Made by a program: the position numbers and the translations under genes. Source: Pseudoalteromonas tetraodonis (lineage in GTDB: Bacteria; Pseudomonadota; Gammaproteobacteria; Enterobacterales; Alteromonadaceae). From it: a DNA stretch of 32,000 bases. Below the pieces are notes generated by a model that did not search any database, was not told where the DNA came from, and saw only the letters and a list, made by a program, of their open reading frames with translations. Each line of letters begins with the position of its first letter. Positions within the stretch are counted from its first letter, which is position 1. Location: NCBI RefSeq assembly GCF_002310835.1, contig NZ_CP011041.1, forward strand, positions 3,150,001 to 3,182,000, written 5' to 3'. Below, piece after piece: positions 1-10,315 of this stretch.

Positions 1-715
1 TTAAATGCAACTTGCTATGTTGCTTAAGTACTTCCACTGCACTGAGTACTTGTCCTGCGGTTAAACCAAACTTACCTTTTTCACCACCGGTATTTTGCCA
101 TTTACCTTTGCCAACCGAATTTAAGCGAATACGAATTCCAATAGCCGGTTCAATGCCTAAATTATCAATTTCTTCAAGCAATGTGGTTAGCTCTGAGAGT
201 TTTTCAACCACAATTTTAACGCTGTGTCCCATTGCTTGACCAATACAGGCTAAACGTAAAAACTCGCTGTCTTTGTAGCCGTTACATACAATAGTAATAG
301 GCTCTTTCGCCACCCCTAAAATGGCCATTAGTTCAGGTTTAGAACCAGCTTCAAGTCCCACTAGGCCACTTGGGTGAGCTAATAACTTACTCACAACAGA
401 GCGCTGTTGGTTTACTTTGATAGGATAAACACAGGTGTATTTGCCGTTATATTCGCGGTTAGTGCGCGCTTGAGTAAAGGCATTGGTGAGCGTATCTACA
501 CGATTTTTTAAAATATCAGTAAAGCGCACCAGTACGGGCAATGTTAACCCTTGCTGCTTAAATTGCTCAGTAAGCTGACTTAAAGAAATGGCAGGTTTTG
601 TTTGGTCGCCATCAGGATAGGCTATCAACTCACCTTGTGCGTTAATATCAAAATAACCATCGCTCCAATGAGCAACATTGTATGTAGCACGTGCTGTTTC
701 TAAACCCCAAGTCAT
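1..715 (-). CDS. speA: Biosynthetic arginine decarboxylase, N-terminal ~238 codons; the 3-prime part lies beyond the window start
   Basis: Absent from the ORF track because there is no stop codon in the window. My translation from ATG 715..713 reads MTWGLETARATYNVAHWSDGYFDINAQGEL..VYPIKVNQQRSVV..GLEAGSKPELMAIL..IVCNGYKDSEFLRLA..GGEKGKFGL. This is colinear with the N-terminal half of E. coli SpeA (YPIKVNQ, LEAGSK.ELMA, CNGYKD and GGEKSKFGL blocks). Confidence 0.9.
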   Translation of the reverse strand, partial: MTWGLETARATYNVAHWSDGYFDINAQGELIAYPDGDQTKPAISLSQLTEQFKQQGLTLPVLVRFTDILKNRVDTLTNAFTQARTNREYNGKYTCVYPIKVNQQRSVVSKLLAHPSGLVGLEAGSKPELMAILGVAKEPITIVCNGYKDSEFLRLACIGQAMGHSVKIVVEKLSELTTLLEEIDNLGIEPAIGIRIRLNSVGKGKWQNTGGEKGKFGLTAGQVLSAVEVLKQHSKLHL

Positions 716-914
716 GGCAACTCTTCTTTATTAAATTAGGTGTAAAGGGGCATTTTAATACGTCACTATCTGCTAAGCTAACAAAAATTGAACTTTCCCC
801 TCTTTATAGCTAACTTTATTCGCTAAAGAGAGTAAAATTTGATTGAGCAATAGGCCAAGCACTGGCAGAATTGCCTCCTTTTTTTCATACTCAACCAAAA
901 GTGTAACAACAACT

Positions 915-1778
915 ATGGCAAATTTAGATCAAAGTAAGTGGTTTACTGAAATTAGCGACCGCGATGGCAGCGCATTTTCATTACGTATTAACAAAAAGTT
1001 AGATGAAAAACAGTCTCCTTTTCAAAAAGTAGAAATGTTTGAAACCACAGACTTTGGTAATTTAATGATCATTGATGGTTGTACTATGGTAAGTAGCCGT
1101 GAAAACTTTTTTTACCACGAAATGATCAGCCACCCAGCATTACTGGCGCATCCAAACCCAAAAAACGTAGTTATTATTGGTGGCGGCGATTGCGGTACGT
1201 TACGTGAAGTGCTCAAGCACCCAAGCGTAGAAACTGTAACTCAAATAGATATTGACGAAGTGGTTACCCAAATGTCGTTAAAGTACTTCCCAGAGTTATG
1301 TGAATCAAATAATGACCCACGTGCTACTGTGATGTTTGACGATGGCATTAAATACATGCGCGAAGCAGCTGGTGAGTCTATTGATGTAGTGATTGTTGAT
1401 GGTACTGATCCGGTAGGCCCAGGTGAAGGTTTATTTAACCATGCGTTTTATACTAGCTGTTTAAACGCACTTCGCCCTGGTGGAATACTGGTACAACAAA
1501 GTGAATCGCCATTAATGCATATGCCACTGTTGGTTGAAATGCGCGAAGCTATGCTAAGTGTTGGTTTTAACGATTTACAAACACTCCCATTCCCACAACC
1601 TATTTACCCAAGTGGGTTATGGTCAGTGACGCTAGCTCGCAAATCTGAGGCATTTAATGGCTTTAGAGAAGACGGCGCAGCAACAATTGCACAGCATAGT
1701 GAATACTACAATGGCGGCATTCATCACGGTGCACTCGCAACACCTAATTACATGAAACGCGCTTTTGATAAAAAATAA
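915..1778 (+). CDS. speE: Spermidine synthase (polyamine aminopropyltransferase)
   Basis: The ORF 843..1778 opens at a TTG. The internal ATG at 915 (MANLDQSKWFTE..) aligns with the E. coli SpeE start region. Motifs seen: FYHEM.SH, VIIGGGDCGTLREV and VDGTDPVGPGEGLF. Divergent from speA. Confidence 0.9.
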   Translation: MANLDQSKWFTEISDRDGSAFSLRINKKLDEKQSPFQKVEMFETTDFGNLMIIDGCTMVSSRENFFYHEMISHPALLAHPNPKNVVIIGGGDCGTLREVLKHPSVETVTQIDIDEVVTQMSLKYFPELCESNNDPRATVMFDDGIKYMREAAGESIDVVIVDGTDPVGPGEGLFNHAFYTSCLNALRPGGILVQQSESPLMHMPLLVEMREAMLSVGFNDLQTLPFPQPIYPSGLWSVTLARKSEAFNGFREDGAATIAQHSEYYNGGIHHGALATPNYMKRAFDKK

Positions 1779-1797
1779 TAAGTTATAAATATAAAAC

Positions 1798-1821
1798 AGG
1801 GCTCGCTAGAGCCCTTTTTTA
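1798..1821 (+). terminator. Rho-independent terminator after speE
   Basis: Perfect 7-bp stem agggctc (1798-1804) / gagccct (1809-1815), 4-nt loop, followed by a run of six T. Confidence 0.6.
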
Positions 1822-1917
1822 TGTGTTTAATTACACTGAATACGTTTGCAGTCATCTCGTAATAACCCCACCTTCACTTTATGCTCATAGTCTACAATTT
1901 GACATAAAGGACACACA

Positions 1918-3960
1918 ATGAGATTACCTTTACTGCTAGTTGCTTTACTTTCAAGCAGCGCTTTTGCAAAAGAAGCCATGCTGGAATCGCCTGATCAAAA
2001 AATTAAAATCACCATATCTGATCAATCTTCATCTCCTTACTATTCTATTAGCTTTAACGGTAAACCTGTTATTACGCAGTCACATTTAGGTTTTAGATTT
2101 AAAAGCCAAGCGCCATTTGATGAAGGTTTTGTTATTAGTGAAGTAACTCGCTCACAAACAGATAGTCAATGGCAGCAACCTTGGGGAGAGCGTCAAACCG
2201 TTGTCGACAAGCACAATGAAATTGCCGTTACCTTTAATAAACCCGCACCCCACGGTGGCACATACACAGTGCGATTTAAAGCCTTTGATAGCGGTGTGGG
2301 ATTTCGCTATGAAGTCCCTAAACAAGCCGGTTTTGAAAAAACAGAAATTACTAAAGAGCTGACCGAGTTTGCCATCGCCGGTGCCGATAAAGCCACCGCA
2401 TGGTGGATACCTGCTCGCGGTTGGAATCGTTACGAATATGTCTACAACACCACAGCCTTACAAGATGCTGCACTCGCTCACACCCCTTTTACCTTTAAAA
2501 ATGGTAACGGTGTACATGTCAGTATTCATGAAGCAGCCCTAGTCGATTATGCGGGCATGGTGCTTAACCAACGTCGCCCAGGCACTTTTAGCGCCGATTT
2601 AACGCCATGGTCAGATGGTATAGCAGTCAAAAAGCACGGTGAATTTAATACACCTTGGCGCACCATTCAAATTGGCGAACATGCGGTAGACTTAGTTAAT
2701 TCAGATATTATTTTAAATCTAAATGAGCCAAATAAGCTCGGTGATGTGTCCTGGGTTAAACCAGGCAAATACGTAGGTATTTGGTGGGGCATGCACATCA
2801 ATGAGAATACTTGGGGTAGTGGCGAAAAACACGGTGCTACCACAAAAAATACTAAATACTACATGGACTTTGCCGCAAAATACGGCTTTGATGGTGTATT
2901 AGTTGAAGGTTGGAACACTGGTTGGGATGGCGACTGGTTTTTTAATGGCGATGTATTTAGCTTTACCCAAGCATATGATGACTTTGATATTGAGGAGCTT
3001 ACCCGCTACGGTAAGCAAAAAGGGGTGCAGTTAATTGGCCACCATGAAACTTCAGGTAACGTAACAAATTATCGTAATCAAATGGAAGACGCTTTTGCGC
3101 TTTACGAGCAATCAAATGTAAGCCAAATTAAAACCGGTTATGTGGCCGATGGTGGCAATATTAAACGCATTGATGAAAACGGCATTGCCCGTTTTGAGTG
3201 GCATGACGGCCAATTTATGGTTAATGAGTACTTATACAACGTTAAGCTAGCTGCAAAACATAAAATAAGTATTAATACTCATGAGCCAATAAAAGACACC
3301 GGCCTTCGCCGTACTTACCCTAATTGGATTGCTCGTGAAGGCGCTCGCGGCCAAGAATTTAACGCATGGGGCACGCCACCCAATCCACCAGAGCACATTC
3401 CAATGCTTGCTTTTACGCGTATGCTGGCAGGCCCAATGGACTTTACGCCAGGTATTTTTGATATGAGCTTTAATGGCTTAGGTGGCGATACAAATCGCCC
3501 GCAAACAACACTTGCAAAGCAATTAGCACTTTATGTTGTAATGTACAGCCCAATTCAAATGGCGGCTGATTTACCTAAAAATTATTTAGCTAAGCCCGAT
3601 GCTTTTCAATTTATTCAAGACGTACCGACCGATTGGCAACAAAGTATTGCGCTTGATGGAGAAGTAGGCGACTTTATTGTATTTGCACGAAAAGAACGTA
3701 AACGCGATCATTACACTGGTAATGACTGGTACTTAGGCGCTGTAACTGATGAAAACGCCCGCACCATTGAGGTTAAACTCGACTTCTTAGATAAAGATAA
3801 ACAGTTTGAAGCGCAAATCTACAAAGATGGTGATAAGGCAGAGTGGAAGAACAACCCTTACGATTTAAAAATCGAAAAACGCACTGTTACCGCAAATGAT
3901 AAACTCACACTAAAATTGGCCACCAGTGGTGGTACAGCCATTCGTTTTAAAGCACTATAA
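1918..3960 (+). CDS. Secreted glycoside hydrolase family 97 alpha-glucosidase (SusB-like)
   Basis: 680 aa with an N-terminal signal peptide (MRLPLLLVALLSSSAFA). Blocks IHEAALVDYAGM, VEGWNTGWDGDW, IGHHETSG and TRMLAGPMDFTPG match my memory of GH97 enzymes. Size is typical of the gammaproteobacterial GH97 alpha-glucosidases. Confidence 0.8.
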   Translation: MRLPLLLVALLSSSAFAKEAMLESPDQKIKITISDQSSSPYYSISFNGKPVITQSHLGFRFKSQAPFDEGFVISEVTRSQTDSQWQQPWGERQTVVDKHNEIAVTFNKPAPHGGTYTVRFKAFDSGVGFRYEVPKQAGFEKTEITKELTEFAIAGADKATAWWIPARGWNRYEYVYNTTALQDAALAHTPFTFKNGNGVHVSIHEAALVDYAGMVLNQRRPGTFSADLTPWSDGIAVKKHGEFNTPWRTIQIGEHAVDLVNSDIILNLNEPNKLGDVSWVKPGKYVGIWWGMHINENTWGSGEKHGATTKNTKYYMDFAAKYGFDGVLVEGWNTGWDGDWFFNGDVFSFTQAYDDFDIEELTRYGKQKGVQLIGHHETSGNVTNYRNQMEDAFALYEQSNVSQIKTGYVADGGNIKRIDENGIARFEWHDGQFMVNEYLYNVKLAAKHKISINTHEPIKDTGLRRTYPNWIAREGARGQEFNAWGTPPNPPEHIPMLAFTRMLAGPMDFTPGIFDMSFNGLGGDTNRPQTTLAKQLALYVVMYSPIQMAADLPKNYLAKPDAFQFIQDVPTDWQQSIALDGEVGDFIVFARKERKRDHYTGNDWYLGAVTDENARTIEVKLDFLDKDKQFEAQIYKDGDKAEWKNNPYDLKIEKRTVTANDKLTLKLATSGGTAIRFKAL

Positions 3961-3969
3961 AATGGTTAA

Positions 3970-3997
3970 AGCTATCCGCATATAACGGCGGATAGCT
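3970..3997. terminator. Bidirectional hairpin terminator between the convergent GH97 gene and envZ
   Basis: Perfect 10-bp stem agctatccgc (3970-3979) / gcggatagct (3988-3997) with an 8-nt loop. T-rich on the plus side (ttatttagtttt). Sits in the 41-bp gap between two convergent stop codons. Confidence 0.6.
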
Positions 3998-4001
3998 TTA
4001 T

Positions 4002-5315
4002 TTAGTTTTGATTAACCACTTTAACCGGTAAATATATTTGCGCACTTAAACCACCTTCAGGGCGATTAGAGAGCACAACCTTGCCATTATGCATGTCTAT
4101 AATGCGTTTAATAATAGCTAAGCCTAAACCACTGCCTTCACTGCCTCGTGCAGCGTCACCTTGCTTAAATGGTTCGAACACTGATTCTAATTCACTCTCA
4201 GGAATACCTGGGCCATTATCGTTAACCGCAATAATGACGTACTTTTTATTGCTATTAAAATAACTTTGCACCTCAATATCCCCTTGCGAGTAACGCAGTG
4301 CATTTTCAATCATATTCGTCACTACTCGCTTAATAGCCACTGAGCTTATGGGAATATTACCTAGGTTAGGATTGCTTTCAAACGTAATAACACGCTGATG
4401 CTTTAATTCACTTTGTACGACTTCGGCTACTAACGCATTGATATCTTCATAGCTTTGTTCTTCACGTTTATGATGGCGTAAGTATTCAATAAACTGATCA
4501 ATAATGCCATTCATATCTTCAATATCGTAAATAATACCTTCGCGTAAATAATCATCTTCATCAACCATCATTTCTGTGGCTAACCGAATACGGGTAAGCG
4601 GTGTGCGTAAGTCGTGAGAGACACCGGCCATGAGTAATCGACGATCATTTTCAAGGGCTGCTATACCTCGCGACATTTGGTTAAAAGCGCGCGTTACCTC
4701 AATAACTTCGCTTGAGCCTTGTTCTTGTAACTTAGTACTAAAATCACCAACGCCTACTTTTATTGCCGCTTGTTGCAGTGCTTTTAATGGTCGGTTCAAA
4801 TGCCTTGCAAATAACCACCCGCCTAATACACTTAAAAAGCCTATACTGGATAAGTAAAAAGTTAAAAATTCAAGATTACTTTCTTTAAATCCGGTTAAGG
4901 GGACTTTAACCCAATAGCCCGGTGCTTGCGGGGCTTCCACCCAATAAATAAGTGGATCGGTTTGACTAATGCGTACCCGAGAAAACCCATTCAACTGCTC
5001 TGACATACTTCGCGATAGCCCTGAATACTCACGACTTTGCCCTAAGCCATTGCGCATCGCTTCACGCTGAGTCATCACCTCAATACCGGTTATTGCAAAA
5101 AACTTTTCTGAAACTTCATCGGTTACTTCAACACCATCTTCCCAGTCAATAAATACAGTTTTAATTTGCTTAGCAAGCATCAAATTAACTTGCTCAATAG
5201 TGGGTTTAACAACATATAAACTTACTGTGACGTAGGATACAATTTGGTTAATCAGCAACAAAGCTGCTACTAAAAAAACAGTTTGCCCAAACGCACTACG
5301 TGGAAACATCCCCAT
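4002..5315 (-). CDS. envZ: Osmosensor histidine kinase EnvZ
   Basis: 437 aa with two TM segments, a HAMP region, H-box [15 protein letters not shown], and N/G boxes ([20 protein letters not shown]). Lies 5 nt downstream of ompR. Confidence 0.9.
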   Translation of the reverse strand: MGMFPRSAFGQTVFLVAALLLINQIVSYVTVSLYVVKPTIEQVNLMLAKQIKTVFIDWEDGVEVTDEVSEKFFAITGIEVMTQREAMRNGLGQSREYSGLSRSMSEQLNGFSRVRISQTDPLIYWVEAPQAPGYWVKVPLTGFKESNLEFLTFYLSSIGFLSVLGGWLFARHLNRPLKALQQAAIKVGVGDFSTKLQEQGSSEVIEVTRAFNQMSRGIAALENDRRLLMAGVSHDLRTPLTRIRLATEMMVDEDDYLREGIIYDIEDMNGIIDQFIEYLRHHKREEQSYEDINALVAEVVQSELKHQRVITFESNPNLGNIPISSVAIKRVVTNMIENALRYSQGDIEVQSYFNSNKKYVIIAVNDNGPGIPESELESVFEPFKQGDAARGSEGSGLGLAIIKRIIDMHNGKVVLSNRPEGGLSAQIYLPVKVVNQN

Positions 5316-5320
5316 AATTA

Positions 5321-6040
5321 TTACTTTTCACCATCAGGAACAAACACATAACCTAATCCCCATACAGTTTGAATATAACGCGGGTTAGCCGCATCCACTT
5401 CAATCATACGGCGAAGGCGTGACACTTGCACATCAATACTACGCTCTAGCGCACTGTAATCACGACCTCTTGCCAAGTTCATTAATTTATCACGACTTAA
5501 CGGCTCTCGAGGGTGAGATACCAACGCTTTTAATACGGCAAATTCACCACTTGTGAGCGATACGGTATTATCCCCCTCGCTCATTTCTCGTGTGGCTAAA
5601 TTTAAAGTAAATTTACCAAACTCAATTAAATTCTCTTCTGCTGAAGGTGCCCCTGGCACTTCTTTTGATTGGCGACGTAAAATTGCTTTTATGCGGGCAA
5701 GTAACTCACGTGGATTAAACGGTTTAGGAATATAATCGTCAGCACCGAGCTCCAAACCAATAATGCGGTCTACTTCATCACCTTTAGCGGTCAACATCAC
5801 AATTGGGATTTGGTTTTCTTTTTGACGTAACCGTCTGCAAATAGAGAGCCCGTCTTCTCCGGGCAGCATTAAATCAAGCACCATTAAGTGAAAGTTTTCA
5901 CGCTCAATAAGCCTATCCATTTGCTGTGAATCTGCGGCTGTTCTAACAATAAATCCTTGCTCTACTAAATAGCGCTCAAGCAAACTGCGCAAACGTTTAT
6001 CGTCATCAACCACTAATACTTTTACTGTCTCTTGTCCCAT
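5321..6040 (-). CDS. ompR: Response regulator OmpR (REC plus winged-helix)
   Basis: 239 aa with [43 protein letters not shown] and C-terminal VWGLGYVF. Near-colinear with E. coli OmpR. Confidence 0.95.
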   Translation of the reverse strand: MGQETVKVLVVDDDKRLRSLLERYLVEQGFIVRTAADSQQMDRLIERENFHLMVLDLMLPGEDGLSICRRLRQKENQIPIVMLTAKGDEVDRIIGLELGADDYIPKPFNPRELLARIKAILRRQSKEVPGAPSAEENLIEFGKFTLNLATREMSEGDNTVSLTSGEFAVLKALVSHPREPLSRDKLMNLARGRDYSALERSIDVQVSRLRRMIEVDAANPRYIQTVWGLGYVFVPDGEK

Positions 6041-6199
6041 AATCTGTTGCTTATTTTTATAATTTATTAATAGTTAATATAAATGAAAAACTTAATAATA
6101 AAAAACTAATTAAGTGCTTAGATTGTTACTGAACATTTCAAACCCATTGGTGGCTATTTTATCTCGACAAGCTGCCTTTATTTTAATACCGTGCCACAC

Positions 6200-6697
6200 A
6201 TGAAAATTAAACAAGAACACGGCGTGAAAACAAACTTAATTACTCGCGAAGGTTATTTACAACTTCAGCAAGAACATGACCATCTTTGGAATGTAAAACG
6301 CCCAGAAGTCACTAAAATTGTGAGTTGGGCTGCAAGCCTTGGTGACCGCTCTGAAAATGCAGACTATCAGTATAACAAGCGTCTATTACGCCAAATAGAC
6401 CGCCGAGTGCGCTATCTACGTAAGCGCATCCCCGATTTAAAAATTGTTGATTACTCACCCGTGCAAGACGGCAAAGTTTTTTTTGGTGCTTGGGTTGAAA
6501 TAGAAAACGAGGCTGGGGAGTGTAAGAAGTTTAGAATTGTCGGTCCCGATGAAATTTATGATCGCAACGATTACATTTCTATTGACTCACCGATGGCGCG
6601 AGCATTATTAAAAAAACAAGTAGACGATGATTTTGAGGTCATGACCCCTCAAGGTGCTAAGCAATGGTATGTAAATAATATTTCCTACCAAAAATAA
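6200..6697 (+). CDS. greB: Transcript cleavage factor GreB
   Basis: The ORF opens at GTG 6191, but ATG 6200 (MKIKQEHGVKTNLITREGY) fits E. coli GreB. Long identical runs include WAASLGDRSENADYQYNK, RRVRYL, KIVDYSP, KVFFGAWVEIEN and YISIDSPMARALLKK. Confidence 0.95.
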   Translation: MKIKQEHGVKTNLITREGYLQLQQEHDHLWNVKRPEVTKIVSWAASLGDRSENADYQYNKRLLRQIDRRVRYLRKRIPDLKIVDYSPVQDGKVFFGAWVEIENEAGECKKFRIVGPDEIYDRNDYISIDSPMARALLKKQVDDDFEVMTPQGAKQWYVNNISYQK

Positions 6698-6821
6698 AAC
6701 GGCTTAGTTTTGATTCAGATCATATTAACTTTTTATTGTTTATATTATCTGAGTAAGCTATAACTAAAGTAACTCAAGTTATGATGTATTAATTTGAGAG
6801 TAGTTAATTAAGGTCGTCACT

Positions 6822-7127
6822 ATGTCAAACATTACAGCGCGCATATTACAACATGCCCTATTGTTTACACTCTTTATGAGTGTAAGTTTGACATTGCATG
6901 CAACACCCAAAAATACGCAAATTGATGCTGGTTTTACACCTGCAGAATTTATTGTTTGCGACTCTCCTGACCAAGCAAACCTCGACACCGATATAGATTC
7001 TCATGTCGGTGTTATTGCGCTTAGAGAAATTCAACCACTTCCTTTAGCGTTTTACTTTCATTATGAAAGCAGCCTTTTAGTCACACCTTACAGCCATGCA
7101 CACCCGCGAGCGCCACCCGTTATTTAG
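6822..7127 (+). CDS. Hypothetical small secreted protein (101 aa)
   Basis: Signal-peptide-like N-terminus (ILQHALLFTLFMSVSLTLHA then TPKN). aagg lies 8 nt upstream of the ATG. His/Pro-rich C-terminus (SHAHPRAPPVI). I recognise no family. An antisense ORF (6779..6988) competes for the same DNA. Confidence 0.4.
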   Translation: MSNITARILQHALLFTLFMSVSLTLHATPKNTQIDAGFTPAEFIVCDSPDQANLDTDIDSHVGVIALREIQPLPLAFYFHYESSLLVTPYSHAHPRAPPVI

Positions 7128-7182
7128 TTTAATAACTTGCTTTTAAACATTATTAAATTTTATAACTAATTAGGTGGATATT

Positions 7183-7761
7183 ATGTCTAACTTTAAAGAA
7201 CTCCGTACCCAAGATATTTCGCATGGCACTATTGCGAATACATTTACTAATGAAGCTGTCATTGATTTAACTTCACCTGCTACACAAGTGGTGACTAGTT
7301 TTACTGATACAAGCCCGATGCGTGCATCGTTTGATACAACAATTGAACAAGCGTCAAAACAGTTAACGACTCAACGCTCTGATTTTATTTTGGTAACTGA
7401 TGAGCAGCAAAAGCTAGTAGGTATAGTGGCGAGTGCTGATTTACAAAGCTCAAAAATCATGATTTTAGCACAGCGTTTAGGCTTGCCTCGTAGTGAAATT
7501 AGCTTGCGCTATTTAATGACACCGCTAAGTAATTTAATGGGTGTAAGTATGAAAAGCTTAAGCTACTCATGCATTGGTGATGCACTGCAAACTATGGAAC
7601 ATCATGGCGCTATGTTTTTATTAGTCACTGCGGCTAATAATGAAATAAGTGGTTTAATTTCAGCACGCGATATAGCACGTAAGCTGCAAATTCCTGTTCA
7701 TATTAGTCCAATAGCGCACACATTTAGTGAAGTACTCGAAAGTATAGAGCACCCTCACTAA
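7183..7761 (+). CDS. CBS-pair domain protein
   Basis: The ORF opens at GTG 7174. aggtgg at 7172-7177 is positioned as a Shine-Dalgarno sequence for ATG 7183 (MSNFKEL). There are two CBS-like repeats (DFILVTDEQQKLVGIVASADL and MFLLVTAANNEISGLISARDIARKL). No other domain recognised. Confidence 0.7.
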   Translation: MSNFKELRTQDISHGTIANTFTNEAVIDLTSPATQVVTSFTDTSPMRASFDTTIEQASKQLTTQRSDFILVTDEQQKLVGIVASADLQSSKIMILAQRLGLPRSEISLRYLMTPLSNLMGVSMKSLSYSCIGDALQTMEHHGAMFLLVTAANNEISGLISARDIARKLQIPVHISPIAHTFSEVLESIEHPH

Positions 7762-7802
7762 ATCAGCTTTTTATTAGTATAGTTCCAACCCCAGTAATGG
7801 CA

Positions 7803-7841
7803 TCTTAAAGCAAGTAAAATAGCTTGCTTTAAGAGCTTTTT
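7803..7841 (+). terminator. Rho-independent terminator after the CBS gene
   Basis: 12-bp stem tcttaaagcaag (7803-7814) / cttgctttaaga (7823-7834), 8-nt loop, then gcttttt. Confidence 0.6.
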
Positions 7842-7929
7842 ATTACCTTCCCCTGTGATATTATTCAAGACATTGACGCATCAGTTAACTTCTTAGCTGG
7901 TCTTATTTTTTGTATTAAAAGGTTTTTGC

Positions 7930-10254
7930 ATGAGCGATATCTCTGCACGTTTAGCAACTGAGCTAAATGCACAGCAGCAACAAGTGGTTGCAGCAACAAA
8001 GTTACTTGATGAAGGCGCAACCGTCCCCTTTATTGCCCGTTACAGAAAAGAAGTGACCGGTGGATTAGATGACACCCAACTACGCCTTCTAGAACAACGT
8101 TTGTCTTATTTACGTGAACTTGAAGAACGTCGTGGCTTTATTCTATCGACGATAGAATCTCAAAATAAGCTTACTGGGGAATTAGCAGCCGATATAAAAG
8201 CAGCGCAAAGTAAAACCGAGCTTGAAGATTTATACTTGCCTTATAAGGCAAAGCGTCGCACTAAAGGTCAAATCGCTATTGAGGCCGGTTTAGAACCTCT
8301 TGCTAATGCCTTATTTAACGACCCAATGCTCGACCCAGAAGCTGAAGCTGCTCACTATATTAATGCCGATAAAGCCATTATTGATACAAAATCAGCCCTT
8401 GATGGTGCCAAATTTATTCTAATGGAGCGTTTTGCTGAAGACGCTAAATTACTCGCTAAGCTTAGAAGCCATATTAGTCAAAATGGGGCGATTGAGAGTA
8501 AGTTAATTGATGGGCAAGAACAAGCAGGTGCTAAATACAGAGACTACTTTGAGCATCAAGAACCGTTAAAAAAAGTGCCCTCGCACCGTGCGTTAGCCAT
8601 GCTAAGAGCACGAAATGAAGGCATTTTACAGTTAACGATTAATCCTGAGCCAAGTGCTGAAAATCCAGCCCAGTTATGTGCCCAAATGATCAGTGATCAT
8701 TACCGCCTAGATATTAAAAACAAACCTGCTAGTGCATGGTTATTAACTGTGGTGCAGTGGGCATGGAAAATTAAGCTTGGGCTACACTTAGAAAACGAGT
8801 TTTTAGCCGCAATGCGTGAAAAAGCCGAAACCGGTGCCATTGACGTATTTGCTAAAAATTTAAAAGATTTATTAATGGCAGCGCCTGCAGGCCCTCGCAC
8901 AACACTTGGTTTAGATCCTGGCTTGCGTACTGGTTGTAAAATTGCGGTAGTCGATAGCACAGGAAAACTGCTCGCTACACAAACAATCTTCCCACATGCA
9001 CCGCAAAATCATTGGGATAAATCACTGCGTACGCTCGAGCAATTATGTCGCCAACATAAAGTTGAGCTTATTGCGATTGGTAACGGCACTGCTTCTCGCG
9101 AATCAGATAAACTGGTTGGCGAACTTATCAAAGCCAATGCCGAGCTTAAACTGAATAAAATTATGGTCAGTGAAGCCGGCGCTTCGGTGTATTCTGCGTC
9201 TGAATTTGCCGCTAATGAGTTCCCAGATTTAGATGTATCTTTACGCGGTGCAGTATCTATTGCACGTCGCCTCCAAGATCCATTAGCTGAGCTAGTTAAA
9301 ATAGAGCCTAAGTCTATCGGTGTAGGCCAATATCAACACGATGTATCACAAAGCCAACTTGGGCAAAGCCTAATTTCTGTAGTAGAAGACTGTGTAAACA
9401 GTGTGGGGGTTGATTTAAATATGGCCTCAGTGCCTTTGCTTGCACGTGTTTCTGGCTTAAACAAAACGTTGGCTCAAAACATTGTAAACTACCGTGACAC
9501 GAATGGGTCATTTACAAAACGTAGTCAGTTGAAAAAAGTAGAACGCTTAGGGCCAAAAGCATTCGAACAAGCGGCCGGGTTTTTACGCATTAATAATGGC
9601 AGCGATCCGCTAGATAACTCATCAGTTCACCCTGAAGCATACCCAATCGTTAAGCGTATTTGTGAACATAATCAGGTAGACGTAAATAACTTAATTGGTA
9701 ACAGTGAATTTTTAAGTAAACTCGCTGCAAACGACTATATTGACGATAAATTTGGCTTACCAACCGTGACTGACATTATTAGCGAGCTTGATAAACCAGG
9801 TCGCGATCCACGTCCTGAATTCAAAACCGCGGAGTTTAAAGCCGGTGTTGAAAAAATTAGTGACCTTAAGCCTGGTATGATTTTAGAAGGTGTGGTTTCT
9901 AACGTTGCTAATTTTGGTGCATTTGTTGATGTGGGTGTTCATCAAGATGGACTCGTACATATTTCAGCTATTACTAACAAGTTTATTTCAGACCCACGCG
10001 AAGTGGTTAAAGCAGGTGACATTGTTAAAGTAAAAGTGGTTGAAGTCGATGCTGCCCGTAAACGCATTAGTTTTACTATGCGCCTAGATGACGACATAGA
10101 CACCAGCAATAAAGCAGCAGCTGCGGCACCGCAAAAGCCTCGCAGCAATAATACCAACCAAGCACGAGCGCCTAAACCTAAACGCGATACAGGCAATGCG
10201 ATGATGGGGAGTGCCTTTGCTGACGCCTTTGCTAACGCAAAAGTGAAAAAGTAA
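7930..10254 (+). CDS. tex: Transcription accessory protein Tex (YhgF family; YqgF/RuvX-like, HhH and S1 domains)
   Basis: 774 aa. N-terminal [22 protein letters not shown], central [32 protein letters not shown]-terminal S1 domain ([31 protein letters not shown]). Confidence 0.95.
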   Translation: MSDISARLATELNAQQQQVVAATKLLDEGATVPFIARYRKEVTGGLDDTQLRLLEQRLSYLRELEERRGFILSTIESQNKLTGELAADIKAAQSKTELEDLYLPYKAKRRTKGQIAIEAGLEPLANALFNDPMLDPEAEAAHYINADKAIIDTKSALDGAKFILMERFAEDAKLLAKLRSHISQNGAIESKLIDGQEQAGAKYRDYFEHQEPLKKVPSHRALAMLRARNEGILQLTINPEPSAENPAQLCAQMISDHYRLDIKNKPASAWLLTVVQWAWKIKLGLHLENEFLAAMREKAETGAIDVFAKNLKDLLMAAPAGPRTTLGLDPGLRTGCKIAVVDSTGKLLATQTIFPHAPQNHWDKSLRTLEQLCRQHKVELIAIGNGTASRESDKLVGELIKANAELKLNKIMVSEAGASVYSASEFAANEFPDLDVSLRGAVSIARRLQDPLAELVKIEPKSIGVGQYQHDVSQSQLGQSLISVVEDCVNSVGVDLNMASVPLLARVSGLNKTLAQNIVNYRDTNGSFTKRSQLKKVERLGPKAFEQAAGFLRINNGSDPLDNSSVHPEAYPIVKRICEHNQVDVNNLIGNSEFLSKLAANDYIDDKFGLPTVTDIISELDKPGRDPRPEFKTAEFKAGVEKISDLKPGMILEGVVSNVANFGAFVDVGVHQDGLVHISAITNKFISDPREVVKAGDIVKVKVVEVDAARKRISFTMRLDDDIDTSNKAAAAAPQKPRSNNTNQARAPKPKRDTGNAMMGSAFADAFANAKVKK

Positions 10255-10274
10255 TTTAAACGATATATTTAAAA

Positions 10275-10303
10275 ATAAAAAAACCGCCTAGGCGGTTTTT
10301 TTT
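10275..10303. terminator. Bidirectional terminator between the convergent tex and SprA-related genes
   Basis: aaaaaaaccgcc-ta-ggcggtttttttt. GC-rich 5-bp core stem (10284-10288 / 10291-10295), extended by A/T pairing. A-run on one side and T-run on the other. Confidence 0.7.
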
Positions 10304-10315
10304 ATTTTTAATCAG

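Noticed and set aside
12-239. 75-aa plus-strand ORF at the window start, and similar short antisense ORFs (4081..4263, 4630..4857, 5553..5735, 8700..8960, 9314..9511, 9942..10196, 12042..12344, 12785..13003, 14997..15188, 18171..18425, 19384..19602, 19738..20121, 24424..24834, 26373..26819, 28038..28253, 29741..29962, 30927..31421)
   Set aside because: Each lies entirely within, and antisense or out of frame to, a gene with strong family motifs. None has recognisable motifs or start signals.
843-914. TTG-initiated 24-codon extension of speE
   Set aside because: The extension (SNRPSTGRIASFFSYSTKSVTTT) has no counterpart in SpeE proteins I know. The ATG at 915 aligns with the family N-terminus.
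6779-6988. 69-aa minus-strand ORF overlapping the 101-aa hypothetical
   Set aside because: It has no signal or motif. The plus-strand ORF at least has a plausible Shine-Dalgarno sequence and signal peptide, though both are weak.
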